From Tubiluchus corallicola (taxonomy: Eukaryota > Animalia > Priapulida), in assembly GCA_030141605.1 (NCBI GenBank), contig JAQGDQ010000040.1, positions 1 through 64,000 of the forward strand: 64,000 nt of DNA, in the 5' to 3' direction. This document shows, in pieces, positions 58,001-64,000 of the stretch. The position numbers were made by a program, and so were the translations under genes. Numbering within the stretch: the first letter of the stretch is position 1; each line of letters opens with the position of its first letter. The notes beneath the pieces are model-generated. The model ran no database searches and was not told the origin of the DNA. It saw only the letters and a list, made by a program, of their open reading frames with translations.

Positions 58001-61000
58001 AGAAAAATTAAATTCTTATTATAGCATAAAATAAGTTTGATCAAGAATCGTAAAATTTTGCACGAAAAAACATTAGGGTTGTAGTAAATTTATAAACCTT
58101 TTCAAATTTGAGCTTTACAGGCTTTGGATTCTGCGCAGTTACTTCATCAGCAATCTCTTGACCGATTCTGAATGCCTCTTCCTTACTCCTCCCAGCCAGA
58201 AGCAAGAACATACTGAAAGATGGAATGCTTCAATTATCAAATGCCAATGGCAGATATTCAAATCTGCAAAAAATGTTTGTCATTATCGTAAGCACTTTAG
58301 TTATGGTCACATAGCACGATTATACAAAGCACATAGAATACCTGTCCGTATCACCATATACAACTCTAGCATTCCATTTAGAATTCTCTTCAACTAATTT
58401 GATTGCTCTCTCCAAAGTCTCACGACCTTTCCGTACAATGCTGTCAGCTACCTACATAAAATAAAATCACTTTTCTTCCTGAATTATGTCATTGTAAAGC
58501 TTAACAGTCTGATAAATCAGGTATGCCAAAGTTGGTTGGCTCGAATTGTTTTTAATAAGCTAGCCTAAATGTGGTGTAAGAAAATCAAGACTATTCTACA
58601 AAAATTTTAAATAAGTTCACTATAAATGGGCCTATAAGGCAAAAAAGGGCTAGACATACATGCTGATCTAAAATTCTTCAATATTGTTCAAAATTAAGAA
58701 TAAATAACATCGACAAACTATAAAGTTATTCCGCAAAAAAGTTAAAATGCCTTTCTTTAAGGTCTGAAATTTTTTTGAGACCTTAAGGGCAGTTTGACTT
58801 CTTTTACTGATTACGACCATTGCGAGTCCCAGAAGAACACTATCTTATTTTCAAGTCATAATGTTATTCTTTCTTGTTGCCATAAATTTTGAAGCCAAGC
58901 CTTTCAAACAAATTCTGCAGTTGGTTTGCAATAAGGACTTGTGCAAAATAATTTCTAATGCATTGAAAGTTGCAAAAGAGACAAATATTCTCATACATCA
59001 ACACAAGGCATCCGTCCGGAGAAGTTAGCTGAGGTGTAACCATATGTTACATTAGCTATGAGCTTCAGCCCCAATTGTCTAGCATGCAGAAGACGTTCTG
59101 CAGCTCTGTCTCCCTTGTGCTTCTTCAGTGAATCTTTCACCATAATTCTTGAATCCAGAATCTCTTTCAGCATTCTACAAGAAATAAAATTGAATTTTGT
59201 TTTTGGGTTGTAAATGCATAATTTTCCTAATTTACCTTGACTATGCTTATAATCTTTTCTTTATTTCTCTAACATTCTATTATTTGTCACCCACAAGTCG
59301 TCTAGCGCCCAAGAAAAGCCAAGGTGTTATATTTAGTATGTCATGATTAGTTCCCAAACTCCATCGCTAGACTAGAATGATCCTTTAAAATTTTCATGAA
59401 ATAAATGGTTAACTTACTACTCAAGTGCTTAAAGACCTGCTACTGAAAATGTACCTAAGATGGTTTATTTTAGAAGAAGCATAATACTGAAGGCTTATAC
59501 CAGTACAAATCTGTGCAAATGCATTTTTCTCCCAGCGCAAAAACCTGGTACGTGAAGGCCATCTTTATGAGTTTATTTGTCATAGCCTTTTTCACAAGGT
59601 AAAGTTTAATACAAGCCCAGTGCAATTTTTGGAAATAAGGAAAAAGCTTTAACTGAAAGCTTAAAAAGGTTTTAGCAATGATATATTCATTTTCTACATT
59701 TTTTAACATAGCTATTGTTAATTATGGAACAGCCAATTCATGCTACAAAACAAAATAATTACTAAAATTACAAAACGAAAAATACCTACCTAGGCAAAAT
59801 GCCTTCCCGAACGCTTTTCTTAACAAACACGACACCATTTGGGGAGATCGTTAAGTGATTCCTGATTTGCCAAAAATCTGTTGGTGAAATAGTCAGTTCA
59901 TAGCAGCCAAGCTCATAAGGTATCTCACTGAAAAAAGTACCAGTCCAATGTCAAATAACTATTATTGGTGTAATTAGTATATGCAATTAACATACTAATG
60001 TGTAATTACATAGTACCTAATTAATATGTGTAATTATCATAAATAGGCATAGTTGGTCTAGCCAGCACTTGAATTTGCTCACATACCTGGCTTGAAACCG
60101 GTTTCTGCCGACTGTCTTTTGCACGCACTTTAACACACTATTTGACAAGCGTCTACATGTGAACTAGTTTTGCTGTTACTTTTCTGTTAGATATGATTAT
60201 AACAAAATTTCTTATAACTTGTGATATTGTAATGAAACGTTGTGCTCATTCATGAAATCATATATGTCACAAAGTGTAAGTTAATATCTGTAAGAACCTG
60301 GTAATATTTGTAGCTAAATGAGATTATCCTGTCTTTTACAGATCCGAATAAAGCCTTATTTGTAGCAAAAGCCTGTCACTAATAAACTGCACAACTGCAT
60401 TGCCCTATACGGAGCTTTGAGACTTTATTATATTATCTTAAAACATTGAGCACATCAATAGTTACTATCATAAGTAGATTAAAAATAGATTAATATAAAT
60501 GTTTAATATAAACTTTTTTAACTGTTAGACAAAAATGCAGGTATGTTTGAAAAAGTTATTTACCTGTCGATATGTTGCAGGTGATTTACTCTACCAACAC
60601 ACGTGGAAAAACAATAGTTGTATGCTATCATCATTGATGGGTACAATGACTGGAAATCTAGGACGATCACCGGATCCGTGTAAAATCTAGATTCTGGTTC
60701 CATGTTCAGCGGGAGACATTCTGGAGCTTTCATTCTACAGTGAGAAGAAAACCTTCAAAGTTCTTCCAAAAATACTTTCCTGATCAAATTTACATTAATT
60801 TAAATTGTAGTAAGGATGATGAAAATGTATCAAATATATAGTCAAACAGCAAAACAAACAAAAGATGCACAGCAACTTACATTAGCAGCAGCAAACAAGC
60901 ACAGAAAATAAATATATACATCAGTTGACATTGAAATGATTTGAAGCTACACTGTAAAATCATCAAAGCTATTAGGCAAATCATCTAAACTGTCAAGTAG

Positions 61001-63381
61001 TCGATGCAAATCGCACAAAACTCTGGCTCAAAATTTAAAACATTAATGAGTGTATTTCAGTTCTGTAGTGTAATCCTTACCTATCTTAACGTACACATAG
61101 GATTACCTTACTAAACTGTTGGTTGTTTAATGTAAAAAATTACTTCTTGCTGCACACTGAACTAAGTAAGTTATAGGAACTCTGAGCACTGTTACTAACA
61201 AATACCTAGACAGAAAAGTGAAGTACGTCCTTATGGAGTGAAATACAGGGTCGCAGAACTTCATACAGCTTGAAATGTGCAAGTGTTAAGTATGTGTAAG
61301 CCAGTGCATGCGTGTGCATGAGCCACTTACCAAAAACTTACATACGAAATCATTTGCAAAGATGGTGCAAGCAGAAGTACAGATAACATGACTGACAAAA
61401 CCAAGCTGCCTCATAAGGTGTAGAAATTATGAACTAGTCAATATCCATGGATATGAATGCTTATTTAGACCAAAAAAATTCAAAACAAAAAAGGGTAATG
61501 AGACAATGATAAAATTATCAAATTTACCTGGCTCTCTGTTGAACAGACGGTGACAAAGCGATATAATTCTGTGCCCTTGTCATGCGCAACATCATTGACT
61601 CAACACGAAACTGAGATCCCCGAGAAAGAACGTCATAAAATTCTATACCAAACAGCCGTGCCAGCTCACTCGTCCTACTAATCAGATCCAACTGTTTCAT
61701 AATCTGATGCTCTGAACAAACACGCGTCATATAATGTTCGATGACACGCCACCTGCATGGGAGAAAAGGCAACAAAGTTTCTTAAAAATAGCAATCTTTT
61801 ACCAAATATACAAATATATGACTGATACTGAAAACTACCATGCAGCAAAATTAATGAAAAATACACTGGTGTGTAGGAAAGTGATGAATTCCCAGTTAAT
61901 AAATACTCGGTGTGGTTGTACTTGTGCTTTCAGGTGTATGAGTTAATGGTTTAACTTAGAACTGATTTGTCAATGTAAGCAACAACTTCTTAGATTGGCA
62001 TTTGGATGGTGGGCCAATATTTGTTTTACAGCTGAGCAAACTTTGCAGTGTCATTCACTATACATAAGAGTACAACTTTCTGAACAATATTTTAGTAATC
62101 AAATAAACCCTGTAATAAAAGGGTTAACTATATTTGCAGAGGACTGGAATGTATGGTATATTTTTTTTAGTTATATATTCAATTTTAGTTTTAAAGTTCA
62201 AAAAGATGCAGTGTGAGTGATCCATAATAATCACAATATTTCTTCATCTAGTTTATTTATTTTCTTTAAATTTGATATCATCTTCCGTAGTTACTGAGAA
62301 AAGCTTGATCACTGACATTACTACATTACATACCTGTTTACTTATTGTTTATTAATTTGCAAAGTAAGTGAAAACTTTTGAACTTTCAAAAATAAAATTG
62401 CATTATGAACATGAAATTTTAATCCAAGTGCAGCATAGACAGAGCCCAGAGCCGCACTGTTTCAGTTGAGCTTCAGCCGGTTTATTTCTAAGGTTGACCT
62501 ACCCGATAAGAAACACAGCTTTTGTCGTGCCAGCTGCTCAGTAATGGGGGTCAAGCCAGCCAACATTTTTGATGGCTGTGAAGATTTTCGCTCTTGCGAT
62601 AATCACGTGACACTGTAAATCGCAGATTGAAATATGGCAAACGCATTGCGGATTCGTGGTCAGATGGTGCGCGTACTGACAGAGATACTAAACATTAGAA
62701 TTTTTTAAAGGAGATAGCTGGTAAATTCAAAAATAAATACACAAATAGGCAACGTTAGTCACACGTAGGGATCATTTTGGTGTTTTGGTATTGACTCATC
62801 GGTAATAAAGATAAGCTTCATCAACAGTTGGATTTAAATTATATTTGCAATAAGTCTATTGCTTTTTTATAATAAAAAACTGATCTCTATTATTTGAATT
62901 TGCACATCAGCTTTTTTCTGTGTATAAGCAACACAAATTACTTAAAACATTTGTCTCCATAATTTAACAGTTAATTAGCAATTCATCATTTATTTGGTTA
63001 ACAAAAAATTCGTAGCTTTAACTGACTTAGCTGATTTTTCCTTTAAGCCAAATCTGCCGAAAAGTCAGTCAACCTCAGCCGAGCTAGCTGATTTACTGTG
63101 TGAGTCAGCTTATGTAGTAGCAACTGACTTAGTTTCAGCCTCTACTCATAAATAATTACACAGAAGAAATGTTGTGGAAAACAAGAAAATGATGTAAAAC
63201 GAAAAAGCAAACAAACATTGGTTACCAAGAGTATAAAAAACTCTTAATAATAAGATGCTTACCGGTAGATGTTGCTTTCATGTTGGAACCATCTGGTAAG
63301 TTGTCGATAGTTAAACAATGGAATTCTTGTATGCAAGACATGATACGCCACATTCTCAAAACTATATACATTCAGAGTGAC
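55023..63381 (-). CDS. REV3L: DNA polymerase zeta catalytic subunit, 3' portion (B-family polymerase domain plus CysA/CysB); upstream exons lie beyond the window end
   Basis: Exons on minus: 63381-63263, 61752-61528, 60734-60564, 59927-59790, 59174-58997, 58451-58342, 58212-58098, 57996-57859, 57682-57492, 57390-57163, 57018-56955, 56804-56640, 55175-55023 (TGA). Total 1995 nt, in frame. Motifs: SRGSQFRVESMM, LDFQSLYPS, KLIANVTYGYTSANFSGRMPC, YGDTDS, FDAKGIETVRRDGC, CPAC..CPNC, CISC..CASLDCP. Confidence 0.96.
55595..55738 (-). pseudogene. Partial duplicate of the REV3L terminal exon and proximal 3'UTR, located in the last intron
   Basis: Reads LDCPILLRLNRAWNDMNTVPSLHSLLSSVQESL* versus the true LDCPILFRLSKSWNDMNTVPSLRSLLASVQDSL*. 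About 12 substitutions in 102 nt, no indel in the coding part, and UTR similarity continues past the stop. Confidence 0.85.
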
Positions 63382-64000
63382 CTGTTAAGGCACAAAAATG
63401 TTGGCATTTTATTTTCCAAATCACGAAATGGTTAACATTTTGAATTCTGAAAATAAGGTAAAAATTATAATATGCCTTTTTAACAGTTTTAGAATTAAAA
63501 GTGATAGCAATAATGTGATAGCAATAATTAACACAAAATGACAACAAAAGAATCCTCTTCAGGTAAGGTACCAAAGTACCTGAATCCACATTTGCAAATT
63601 AGTATAATAATAAAAAAAGAAAGTTAATGAGCATTTTTTAATTATAAAGTTTTGTTCTACAAAAATATGTACCAGGATACATAAAACAATATAGCACAGT
63701 TCAGGTATGCACAATGAGATCACACAGTATGAGGCTAGCAGAACAAATGACATCTACTACACATTTACTCAATGTCTCTTGGATACCCATTTTGTAAATG
63801 ACAAGTTATTGTAGCAATATTAATACCATTACATGCTAGTAAGCTTATAATTTGCAAATTTTCGAAGTTCTGAGCAAACTTCTCACCCTATCTGATTCAT
63901 TTTTGGTCTCCAAGTTGGAAGTAGACCTTTCAGACCTTTAGTTGTTTGAGACGTTTTAATATTATACACAAAAATTCCATTGAATTCGAGTCATATTTAA

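Noticed and set aside
62436-63145. Clustered ctgact/agctga motifs suggesting a transposon end
   Set aside because: No matching TIR pair or TSD could be identified.

Overview
This is AT-rich, intron-dense animal genomic DNA, probably from an invertebrate; the taxon cannot be fixed from sequence alone. Four protein-coding genes were reconstructed by hand, with splice phases checked across every exon. (1) A 5'-truncated jitterbug/FLN-2-type filamin on + (<1..38594, 45 exons, about 2335 aa in the window). (2) A class B (secretin/calcitonin-like) GPCR with an uninterrupted CDS, nested antisense in a 7.3-kb filamin intron (11491..13320). (3) A complete Cullin-4 on - (40257..51693, 19 coding exons, 754 aa), which needs a minor-spliceosome AT-AC intron to stay in frame. 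(4) The 3' part of DNA polymerase zeta REV3L on - (55023..63381, continuing beyond the window). Introns carry a Tigger/pogo remnant, Mariner-, hAT- and PIF/Harbinger-type MITEs, microsatellites and local duplications. The most notable observations are: the nested GPCR with an extra Cys-rich N-terminal module; a candidate alternative terminal exon and a candidate alternative first exon of filamin; a ~400-nt foldback filling most of the CUL4 U12 intron; a palindromic AATAAA-G-TTTATT element between the convergent filamin and CUL4 genes; and a partial duplicate of the REV3L last exon. No database searches were run, so family assignments rest on recognised motifs.
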